Assembly: GCF_964204645.1 (NCBI RefSeq)
Contig: NC_134025.1
Coordinates: 21,303,101-21,367,100, forward strand
Source of the DNA: Tubulanus polymorphus
Lineage: Eukaryota > Animalia > Nemertea
Reading direction: 5' to 3'
DNA length: 64,000 bases
Position numbers and translations under genes: made by a program. Positions 1 through 12,200 of this stretch are shown piece by piece. The notes under the pieces were generated by a model that made no database searches, was not told where the DNA came from, and saw only the letters and a program-made list of their open reading frames with translations. Numbering within the stretch: position 1 is the first letter of the stretch; each line of letters opens with the position of its first letter.

Positions 1-72
1 TGCCGGCCACTCAATGTCTAACTCTGAATTAGCATGAATTAACAATTCAACGATTCGTTGTTGAAATTTTAG

Positions 73-210
73 GTCAAACGAACTGATTGGGTATTGAACT
101 GGCCTGGTCAAGTTGTCATCGCTGGTAGCCAGACGTTCTGGACAACGGATGTGACAAAAGGTTTAGAAGACAACGCCCTAAAAGATGTCTATGACTTACA
201 GCTTCAACAG
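73..210 (+). CDS. DNAH1: DNAH1 exon (linker end)
   Basis: ag|[18 protein letters not shown]...LQQ|gt. Confidence 0.9.
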
Positions 211-3200
211 GTCGGTAATGCGGATGATGATAGAAATTTTACTTGTTTTCTTTATTTTTGATTTGTTTGAATACTTTTAAGTGTTTTATGCCATTTGTTT
301 TGTTCCACCTTAACTATTCAACTTTCTGCGCCCTCTGTGGAGTTTAGCACGAGGTAACCTCGCTTCAATCACTGGCATTTATTGACTGGCACTAATTATC
401 GATAGTGCATGGCGTCAAAAAGAAATATCTTCTTCCCTAGTTCAGTGGGATAAGGCGTGATACTGTTGCATTCACAACTATCAGCTTTGAAAGAATGATA
501 AATAAGTTTAAGTTCTGCTTACTGCTTACAATGTATGGGCAACACTTCAAAAGCAATCTTGTCGTTAGGTTAAATGAACAATCCAATAGACAATAGAGTT
601 GGTCTTAGGAAACCAAGATCCTAACCACGTAAAGCGAGATAAATGAAAAAGAAATGAATGAAATAAAATCGCATGGATTTGAACTTTATGGAATTTGGAA
701 TTCATAATTGGCTGGAATATCATATTCAGATGGTTGAATAATGATTTCGCCAATCATTCATTGATATACGTGTTATGTATTGATGTACAAGTTGTAGACT
801 ATCTAAAATGCTTTATGAATATCCACAGCAAGGTCTTGCATATATCACGTAAGATGACACACTTCGAAAAACAAGTCTTAATCGAAATCTATTATTCGTG
901 TGGATTCGGTTACATGAAAATACTGATGCAATCATTCAATACATCGATTAAAGATTTTACGTAATCAGTGCAAATATTTTGACTATCTAAATGGTTATGG
1001 ACCCTTTTACAAAATATGAACGCTTTCCTATTATTGCCTACTCCGATCGGATCGTTAGGCAGTCATGTTTAAACGAAGAGACTATTGATCCAATATCTAG
1101 TTGACAATATACATCATATGGGATTTCGGAGGCAGCTATCTTTTATGGCTGATCTGTATATTCACTGTGAATTGTTATGTACGTGTTGTGTTTCGTTGTG
1201 TTTAGTTGGATGATCTGAGGAATCTGGTGCGTGGCGATTTGAGTAAGATGCATCGTTTGATTCTGTCTGCCTTAATCGTTGTCGAAGTCCACGCTCGTGA
1301 TGTGATCGTGAAAATGTTACAAGAGGATGTGAAATCGGTCAATGATTTTGAGTGGATAAGTCAGTTACGGTGAGCTGGGTGCATTTTTCGATCCTTTGCT
1401 ATGATAAACCCACTTCTGAAAGTTCGGAAATGAGTTGATGTAGTTATCGAATTCAGATCTAATGATTCATCAACCTAAAATTTTGTACCAGATAAGAGAA
1501 CTTGAATAATTTCATACTGGATATAACAAACCAACTACGTATAACAAACAGATTTTCTGGTTTTTTTAAGGTCGTTGTAAAATGGTTCCAGTCAATGTAT
1601 GTTTTAAATATCATGTATTTGTAGTTATTATTGGGTTGACGATGATTTGTACACAAGAGCTGTCAATGCAGAATTTTTGTATGGTTATGAATACCTCGGA
1701 AACAATGGACGCCTCGTCATAACCCCTCTGACGGATCGATGTTACCTTACGCTCACCGGTGCGCTTCATTTGAAATTCGGCGGCGCCCCAGCCGGACCGG
1801 CCGGTACCGGGAAAACGGAAACTACGAAAGATTTGGCAAAAGCCTTAGCCGTACAGTGCGTAGTGTTCAATTGTTCTGATCAGCTCGATTACATGGCTAT
1901 GGGTAAATTCTTCAAAGGTTTAGCAAGGTAAGTTATCTACATGAAATATACAGTCCTTGTTGGAAAGAGCTAAATGTCGATTGATTTGTATGACCATATA
2001 AATACAATATTCTCGATGAATGAAATGATAATCCAATATATGTACAAATTTTAATGGCCAGACTTAGGCAACGCAAGAAGGAATGTGGAGAACATTTTTC
2101 TGTAGACAAGTGGGATTTTATATCTATGTTATGTTGATATTTCAGTGCTGGAGCTTGGGCTTGTTTCGATGAGTTTAATCGTATTGACATTGAGGTGTTA
2201 TCTGTAGTCGCTATGCAGATTACGACAATCCAAAAAGCCCAACAGCAAAGGGTGAGAAGAGTTTACGTCTACGCGTAGTATGCATAGATTTCAGCACCCA
2301 CTCGCACCTTTCCTAATCTAATATAGATCGCAGTCTTTCTTTTGCTTTTCAGCTGGCTATGAACTTTCATTATCAGAAACCTGTAACTTATTCACTTTAC
2401 CGGTACATCTTAGAATAAACTTTTTCGCTTTGTTTATGTTTGAAACACCAATCCACTGGCGTTTTGGGAAGATACTGAACACAATTGAAATGCGAACCCT
2501 ACATCGGTGCCACAACATTGAAACTTGCGATGTGTATTAACTAGTTAATAAACACGAATGCGATGCGCTCAACATGCAAACAATGTGCAATTTACGTCAA
2601 GTTTATTCTAAGCTGTACCGTATAAACTGGGTCCAGTTTTGCATGAGTTTGAGATCTTTATTAATTTGTCACTTGCAACCGATTCAAAATTTATAGAATT
2701 TTAGCACTTTTATGAAACTGTAACTTAATTAAAACTTGATGAGCCATATGTCACTTTCTGTAGATCTTAGATATTTTTGAAAGCTGTAATAATGTACTTT
2801 TAATGCTTCAACTGCTATATTGTTTATCCATATTTTCCACAAGTTTCCAAAAATATTACAATAAAGATATGGCATAAGTGTTTTATTTCCAACAAAAACA
2901 ATACAGTTGTTGAAACACTCTAATCCATGTCAACTGTAAATAAAGGAAAAAGTTCCTCAATAAACAACTTTTCCTCAACTTTTTTTATCCGATAAAATTT
3001 ATTGAAACCAAACCACAACATTTCAGCTATAGACTATTAGCCATTCCCCTGATGATGGCTGTTGGTTAGTCAACAGCTGAAACGTTGTTTTATTTCGATT
3101 CATTTTATTGGATAGAAAATTCCTAATGTGGGACATTTTCATTTAAAAACAGTAAAACTGTGTCAGTGCTGAAGCATCAGAAGTAACATGGTCAATGGTC

Positions 3201-6200
3201 ATATCTAGACATTAGCAGACTTTTCCAGAAAAATCATCTGGTACCAGTATGGTATATGAAATCTTTCTTTGACCTCTGTCTTCAGTGGTTGGGAACTATT
3301 TCTATACTTGGCAGTCAATTTATGTTAAGCAGGTGCCGTGACTATATATTCTAACTCTTAATTAATCCATTCTTTAAACTCCTTTAATGATGTAGACAAC
3401 TTGCATGTATTGTACATACTTTTTCATAACGATAATTCAGTCATTATCGGTTTTATTTGATCGGGTAATCAAAATCTGTCATCTCTTGTTGATATCCCTT
3501 AATGCAATTACATGATGTCAGAGCTATATCTCGTCCCGAAATAGAAGTAAGATGTCACTGCAAGTTGTCTATAGCAACTTGTAGAATCAGTAGATAATGT
3601 ATAGATATAGAGTAGATTTTAATCCCTATAGCTTGATAGACATACTATAGCTAGACCGGACTATTGAGCTATATTTGAGGGTAGTTATGATTTCAAAGTC
3701 AAAATATAAAATCAAACTCAGACTAGTTCATTTTCAACTATTGTTTTTAATGTACTGAGTAGAACAACTCCAAATCATACTGTAGTCAAAGTGCCAGTTG
3801 CTCAAAGGTTGGTTTAAGTTAACCAGTCGATAGTTGATATGGTGCAGTTTTGATTGTCACTAGTCTCTAATCAGGGTATAGTATGTCTACATGATCATTT
3901 AATTTTCACCTCCTTAGCACGATGCACCCTCTAATATTCTAGCTGCGGCGCTTGGGCTTGCTTCGATGAATTCAACCGAATTGATATTGAAGTCTTGTCT
4001 GTAGTAGCTATGCAGATCATGGTTATCACACGTGCTCAATTAGAGAAGGTACAATGTTTATTGACTAATTAATTGAAAATCATCTAACAAATGGAAAAAC
4101 GCTAGACATTTTATCATTCTTATCAGAATGACGACAAAAGTGAATGCTCGAAGCCTTAAAGCCTTAATTGTTATTATTAAAGGGTTGGTTCCTCCTGGCT
4201 GTAGATAAATGCTTCAGATGAAAGATGAGATCGTTCAATAATCAGTATCGATATATCATCTTATTTCAGGCTGATCGTTTCATATTTGAAGGAGTTGAGT
4301 TGTCACTGAAGGCGTCGTGTGCTGTGTTCATCACTATGAATCCCGGTTACGCTGGTCGTACGGAATTACCTGATAATCTAAAGGTACCTTTATCACCAAT
4401 GTTATTCACGGTCACTGTGTGGGGATTGTCCGTGACAATTCGAATTTCTCTAAGAGATCTTATAATTATCTGTTCATTCTAAAAGATTTCTGATCAAAAT
4501 TCAACGCGATAGATAATTTTCAATGCTATTTTGATGAACAAATTCATCTCACTCCCTGATGATGTAACCAACGATGTGGCACCCCAGAGTCAAACCCTCT
4601 AGCAGGGTGGCCGCTTACCTGGAAACAAGGAAAAAGTCAGGAAATTTTCTTTTCCTTAAAAAAGCCAGTCATGGAATTTAGTTAAAAAAAAGCTTATTAT
4701 CGGGGAAAAGTCGGGGAGATTTGTTGAGGTTGCTAGATCACGCATATAATCGAACAGTTTCCATCTATGTATTACATAATTGATTGCATTAATTGATCAG
4801 ATTCTTAGTAGATCAAGTCGGGGAAAACAATGTGCATTTCAGGGAAAAGGGACTAATAGAAATGGCCAACCTGTCTTTTTTAATCTTAAAATAGGGATTT
4901 TCCCTGTTATTTATTTGGCTGGTAAATTTTGTTTGATTTTTTGATTGAGTGTCCCTTACAGACCCACCACACCTGCCGGGAGCGAAACAGGGGGTTTGAT
5001 TTTGAAATCGGAAATCAAAGTACAAATATAGTTGTGTGATCCGCGGTCCAGTTAACAGAATTTTTTTTTTGAAATCGAAGTAGTTGGGGTGAATTTTCTT
5101 GGCTGCCTAATTCAATAAATCGAGATTTTGGAAATAGCATTATTACAAGGTCGAAGATCATTTTGTCCATTTTTAAATTTTTTTGTTCGATTTCTACGTG
5201 TAAATAGTCTGATAGTCTATTGTAGTTATTTCCTCGGGTAGATGTTGATGTAGAAGTCCTCTTAAGTTAACTTACCACTGGTGCCTATACTGTTGCTATA
5301 TATTTTCATTGCTTCTCTGTTCGTTATAGGCATTGTTTCGACCGGTCGCCATGATGGTGCCCGATTACGCTCTGATCGCCGAGATTTCGCTGTTCTCATT
5401 CGGTTTCTCCGACGCGAAGAAACTCGCGAAGAAAATCGTGACGACGTTCCGACTGTCATCGGAACAGCTCAGTTCGCAGGATCATTACGATTTCGGTATG
5501 AGAGCTGTGAAATCGGTAATCTCAGCTGCTGGCAATCTGAAACGACAGAACGCCGATATGAATGAGGTACACTCGCTTCTTTTCACTTACCTTCGAGCGA
5601 CAACATCATTCTACTATGTAAAAAGCCCACAATCAATAGAAAAACTGTTTAAGTCATCAAGAGATACCGGGCTGTTTTGATTCACGGGAATTTAGTTGAA
5701 ACGTTGACTATTGCCGTATAACAGTAACAGTAAATTTAAGTGACAGACTGCTTTGGCGATCTAAACACTGTTTAACAATACACAGTTGTTGAATTAAAGT
5801 GCACATTTGCTGAGGTATCATTAGCGTCTATGTAGTTTTTAGTTAGTTTTCAGTTCATAGTCGTTCCAATAATCGTCCAGCCTAGCCTTGAACGAACTTT
5901 TACAGTTTTTTTCGAAATTGACTGGCAGGAATTGATTTGAAGCATATTCTATTGGTTTTTTACTTTAGAAGATAGACAGTTAATTTTCTATAGAAACCGA
6001 TGTTATCTTCGCTTTAATGATCGTTTGTTTTAGGATCTGATTTGTTTACGAGCCATCAGAGATGTCAATGTTCCGAAATTCTTGATGGATGATTTGAAAC
6101 TTTTCAACGGTATCGTTTCTGATTTGTTCCCCAGCACAAAGTAAGTAACAATATTGGCGCTATCTCTTGAATTAGAAAATACCAGTCAGTTGATGAATTG

Positions 6201-9200
6201 TGACTTAGTTCTTGGACGAGTCAACTTTGTTCTATAACCGATCTAACAATTTGGACTTAGAGTAAGTCATGACTGCAATTGGCCCCCAAAAACGGTAGGA
6301 TTTCATGTTTTTAGATTGGTTATAGGACCAATAAGGCCTAGTCTCTCTCTTGCTCTCAAATCACTGATACATCTAATGTTCTAGAATCTCTACTATTCTC
6401 AATCCTGTCTCTTGAACCAACCAACTCTTGAGTTTCTATGGAACATATACGCATGCATTCATCCAGAAAATATTGATTTCTGTCTGGTTTTTAAGGGAGG
6501 AACCGATCGATTATGGTGATTTGATGACATCTTTGAAGAAATCGTGTTTGAAAGCTGGTTTGAAAGACGTCGATGGCTTCATTCATAAATGCATACAGCT
6601 CTACGAAACGACCGTGGTTCGTCACGGTCTTATGTTGGTCGGACCGACAGGTTCCGGAAAGACAAGGTGTTACGAAGTGCTTCAGAATGCTATGTCCAAC
6701 CTGAAGGGTCAGATGTCGCCGGCAGGAGTACCCTTCGAAATGACGCATACATACGTTCTCAACCCGAAATCGATCACTATGGGTCAGCTTTATGGTGAAT
6801 TCGATGTGCTCACTCACGAATGGTAAATTCTTTTCTAGATTTTGTATGATCTCATTAACCTTACAATCGCTTGAATCTGTGATATCAGTACTCTCAAAGT
6901 AGCATCAAGAATTCCTTGATTTTGCTTTTATAAAACTATGCCCGGGCTTGTCTTCCCACAAGAGAAAATAATTCTTTGACACTAGATGTAGTTACTACTC
7001 AACTGCATCAAGAAAAAAAGTTTTAGAGTTGAACAAATCATAACTAGATATAAAAGATCCATTCTCCTGATTGAAATGGCATTTTATGAATGATTTTATA
7101 TTTTCTTTTTTAAAATTTCATGAAATATCTTTTTCCAGGACTGACGGAATATTGTCGTCTTTGATTCGCGTCGGAGCTGCGTCTAATGACGAGGATAAAA
7201 GATGGTTTTTATTCGATGGACCGGTCGATGCTGTCTGGATCGAGAACATGAATACCGTGTTGGATGACAACAAGAAGCTTTGCCTCAGTTCTGGTGAAAT
7301 TATCAAGCTATCGGATGTGAGTTCTCCATATGACTTGCTTGAGATTCAATCAGAAAATGCGTTATGTTTGATTTTTATCAAGTAAATAGTTGTGAAGAAT
7401 AATTTCTCTAACTGGGCAAATATGAAAATTGTGATTTCTATTCAAAGCTGAGACTGAAATGTAAAAAGATAATGAAATATTGGTGAATGATATTATTTGG
7501 GTTGCTTCAAAACTATTTCAAAATCTAGATCCGAATGCAATGTTAAGGTCTGGTGTATGTTACTATAGCTGCGATCACACAAGCGTTTTTGGCCCGTACG
7601 AGATCAGGCCTGGGATAACGGTTCACACAGGTGCCAAATGGCCCCATGACTGTTCCCCATAACGCGTGCCAGATTTCGTGATTTCATGATAAACCAGCCG
7701 ATATGAAAATTTCATTACAGAATATGACGATGATGTTCGAGGTGCAAGATTTAGCGGTAGCATCTCCGGCTACTGTTAGCCGATGTGGTATGGTATACCT
7801 AGAACCGAGTATTCTAGGTCTGTCGCCGTTCGTTGATTGTTGGATCCGACAACTACCCGATCCTATCTACCTATACAAGGACAAACTTCAAGGTCTTTTC
7901 GATTTCTTCCTCGAGGTAGGTCGGCCGTTCAACTATATATTTCCAAATGGTTTTTGCCTCTGATGTATCAACACGTAAATAGCGCCCTGGGATTAAAGCC
8001 CTCTCCCTCGGGTAAATTTCTGGAAGTCTGGAGACCTTGTCATTATAACTGTATATCAATACTAACTATTATTTGTGCTGCAATAGCTTTATCATGCCAT
8101 TATGATAATTTGATCAGTCATATTGAAAGCAATAGTTAAAAGTATACCAGTATACCTTTGCCGAGTATGAAAATGTACCCTATGATGTTTAATGTCAATT
8201 TGAGGGAGTTTTTGGGAAGTGGGGCAATCATCCTGATATGACTTTAGGTGTATACCATTGGATGCATTGAATCATCATATATTTTGGCAACCACAAATAA
8301 TATACATACAATAAATATCCATATTTTACTGCCGAAATACAGTCCCTTGTTCACTGAATTCAATACTTAACACATTTTCATGGTTTATCTCTTCCGATAC
8401 GTAGGATTCCATAAAGTTTCTCAGAAAGAATATGAAAGAATTTGTGGCATCGATGGACAGCAATTTGACATTCAGTTTGACGAAACTTCTTGATTGCTTC
8501 TTCGCTCCATTTATTCCAAAAGAGGTAACGTTTCTTTCACCAGTTAATCATTTAACATAGATGTTGGTTAATGTTCCCAATGTTTAATAATTTGGGCAGA
8601 TAAAAAAAAATTGTTAGTTTCTTATTTTGGCTGTTTTGCTGAATTATGAATATTTTTTTCATCAAAGTTAACACCTATTAGGTCTATATCCAGTTATCGC
8701 TAAGTGGTGATATCAAAATCATTTTCTGTAGCGAAGGTCATTGTGAACATTGAAAGAAATAGTGAATATTGGGTCAACAAACACGCAGGTTTGCTGCAAA
8801 CCTCTAAGAATCGATTGTTAGAATGAAAACCTTACAGGCATAAATTTGTATCATTGGCCATAGATATAACGTTTTAATAGTATGTTAAAATATCAACAAA
8901 ATCTGTCAAAGTTTGTATTGATTTTTTGGGGCCTAAGTTCTTGTATCCATCCATACCCACTGCTGCGTCTAAAGGAGGATATGGTTGTTGAACAGGCACC
9001 TGCGGTCACTTCGCGAAGCCCATCAAAGACGCCGCGCTCGCAGGGTTTCGATTACGGCGAATTCGACGTGTCCGATTCCGATAACGAAGACGAAATAGAA
9101 ATGAATCGATTTTCAATGAGAGTAAGTCGGCATGAAAAGCTGACAACGCATGAATCACTTCATAATTTCATTCCGCTCACAATGCCATCGTGTGTGGCAG

Positions 9201-12200
9201 GCTTTACATAGCAATTTTCACCATTTATTGTTCGTGAATGGTCAAGAATTTCATTCCGTCTTACAGGTGCTTGAATCTAAACGCCATCAAGATTCTACTA
9301 TCTTTAAACAGGTAGTAGGTATTGTAGTTCTTGATCAGTTCGAATCCTTGCTATATTGAATATTTGAATGTATATGAAAGATCTTCCACATTACATTTAT
9401 ACGATACCTAAATAGGATGAATTTCTTAGTGTATTATTACCTAAAGGTAATTCTTCTTTTCATTTTTAATTCGTCATTTAGAATCTGCATGAATTGTACT
9501 TATTAGAAGTTGTTTGGGTTATACTTCCCTATTGCATCAATCACATTGTCTATAACGACAATAATACAGAAATATTTAGGCTAGAAAATTGCAATTCAAA
9601 GAAATTTTCATCATCCATGTTACATCATTGATCACAAGTTACCAGTTTATGTATTGTTGTTGAAACCAAAAGAGGTACTAGAAAATTTCAAGAATTTTGG
9701 AAACAGGATTCAAAAAGGGAAAGAGTTTATGGTATTAAAAAACCTGGCTAAATAGTGACTTTTGATGAGAAAAACTATTGTTAGAATCACCTGTATTTGG
9801 GTGAAACGGCTGTTATGATACTTTTAACTGGATTTCCTAATCTTATTGCTGTGGTTATTTCTTTACAGAAAATGTCAATGAACATGAAGGTGTGTCTCTT
9901 CTTTTAAGTAGTGAAAAATCTATAGGAAACTTGATGCACTCTGATTTTGTACTTTATCTAGCTAACTATCCGTAGTAGGAATACCTGATTTCTTGCGTCT
10001 TTTAACGTAACTTCTAAAATCGGTATTATCAATTGTTCATTGCTCTACTCTGACGTAATGACGTCTATGCTCGATTGGTTGTGTTGGTTGATTTCTGTAT
10101 GAATTTTTGTGAATGATCTGAAAGATTTTCATTCGATTTCATCTCTTTTCTGAGAACACTCTCTCGTACACAATTTTCTAATCCACAAAGATTGCACTTT
10201 TTTACACTTTTTAAAATAATGAGTACGTTATGAAGGTGACTGCATATGATATTATAGATTTCTCTGAAGGGGTTCTGGAGTTTGTTGGATGTGTTGAGAT
10301 ACTGTCCGAACGTGGAGGCATTTTTCGATAGAAGCATTAGCTTATTCCGATGATACCTGCAGAGCTGCCAACTTTTCCTGATTTTCACTATTTGTTACTA
10401 CTTGATAATGAGAAATACTGATTTGATTTGTTTGATGCGTATAGAAATATGAAAGATGTTGCTGAGGGTCTTACTGTTGATTACTGATTAATTTGAACAT
10501 TTTCTTTCATATTTCAATGAAATGTTACTGAAAAAAATTCAATTTGTTACTGATGAGCATGTACAAATATTTAAAAACAATATCTCGATTACCTATATCT
10601 AGAAGCAATTTGATCAGATACTCGGTGTATTATTTATGAAAATTCTTGTTATCGGAATAAGCTAACGTTGCTTTCCTTTTCCTATCAACTTCACTTGCAA
10701 TTCACAACATAGATTTTCATTTCATAATCTTTTCTGTCTGCTGATAATTTTCCAAATTCGATTGAAAAAATTGTATAACGATGTGGGTCGAGTCTTTGTC
10801 GAAACCTCCAGAGCCCCATATTTTGTATGTTTGTTTACACTTTTGATTGAATTAATGCTGTTTGTCGTTGCACTAATGTCAGGTTCGCAAAGGGCACCAT
10901 GCACATATGTCTGGGGTAAGTATTCACTTGAATTGCTTCCTAGAGAGGTTTCTATGAGCCAGCCAAATCAATTTTGATTAGGCAATAGTAGATTTATCAA
11001 TTTTGGGTAAAACGTTTTAATTGAGTTGGGGGTCAAATTAAGCCAAACCAATTACAGGTATCCATATATACAGTAGACACTACTCAAGTTGGACCTTTTG
11101 GGACCGTAAAAATGTGTCCGACTTGGGAGATATCCGAGTTGGATATTATTCATTTCATATAAAGTGTCCAAAAAAATATTTCAACGATTATCTGAGTTGA
11201 ACAGCTATCTGAGTTGATCGGATCCGACTCGAGTGGAGTCTACTGTAACGGTAAGAGATTTCCCACAAATCATGGTTATACAGCGGGTAAATGTTGCTAT
11301 TGTGTCCGTCAGCCTAATTGGTTGGCTCATATGAACATTGTTGAAACTCGGCAATTATATATACATACCGGTATGCTTTTAAAAAGGTGATATTTATCTC
11401 AATAACTAAATACATATATTAAGATATCGAAATATCGGGTACCTTTATCTTATGATTCCTCTGTTCTGATATGATATACATCATTCCTCTGTTCTAATAT
11501 GATATACATACATTTCTATCTACCATTTCTATCTATGCATCCGTGGATTCACTGATTCATTAGTTCCTTATTCTTAGATCAAATTAAAGAATTGTTTACC
11601 ATATTCTATGTAGACTATGTATCTATCTGAATGATGAAACTAACAGTGAAAATAAAATGTGACCATATTGGAAGACCAAGATTCATAGCGTTCATTGAAT
11701 GTCTTCAGAATGAATTGAATCAGTGAGAGCTTTTGACTTTCCCCAAAATGACAAGTGTCTGAAAGTTTTTGAGGAAAAATGCAAGTATATGACTAAGATT
11801 TCACTGTTGCAACCTAAATGTTGAAACTCTTTGAAAAAAACTTTGGAGAAATTCTTGGGAAGCTGCGTTTACAATACGTGATTTACAACATTCTTAATTT
11901 AGTCTGTTCCAAATTTGAATTAACTAAAGAAGAACAGACCAAGCGATCACACTAGCAAAATTTCCCTTCTAAATTGGTCTGTTCCATCTAAGAACTGACC
12001 AATTTAGACTGTTGCAGGTTTGTTCTGAATTTTAGGATGGACCATTTCGAGTTGGTAAATGAATTGGTTTTAGGATGAACTGTTTCATTTTGAGTTGTGT
12101 CTAGCTGGACCAGTAATAACAAAAGACTTAAAAATGTGTGTGATTGCAATGTGATTGCACAGCATTGATTTGGTCTGTTCTGAATAGTTCTGTCGCAGGT

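Noticed and set aside
348-353. Possible 6-nt microexon (tttag|CACGAG|gtaacc)
   Set aside because: A competing AG lies just upstream, it would interrupt a probably helical linker segment, and such short matches are expected by chance.
436-475. tRNA/SINE A-box-like TAGTTCAGTGG
   Set aside because: No B box or cloverleaf follows.
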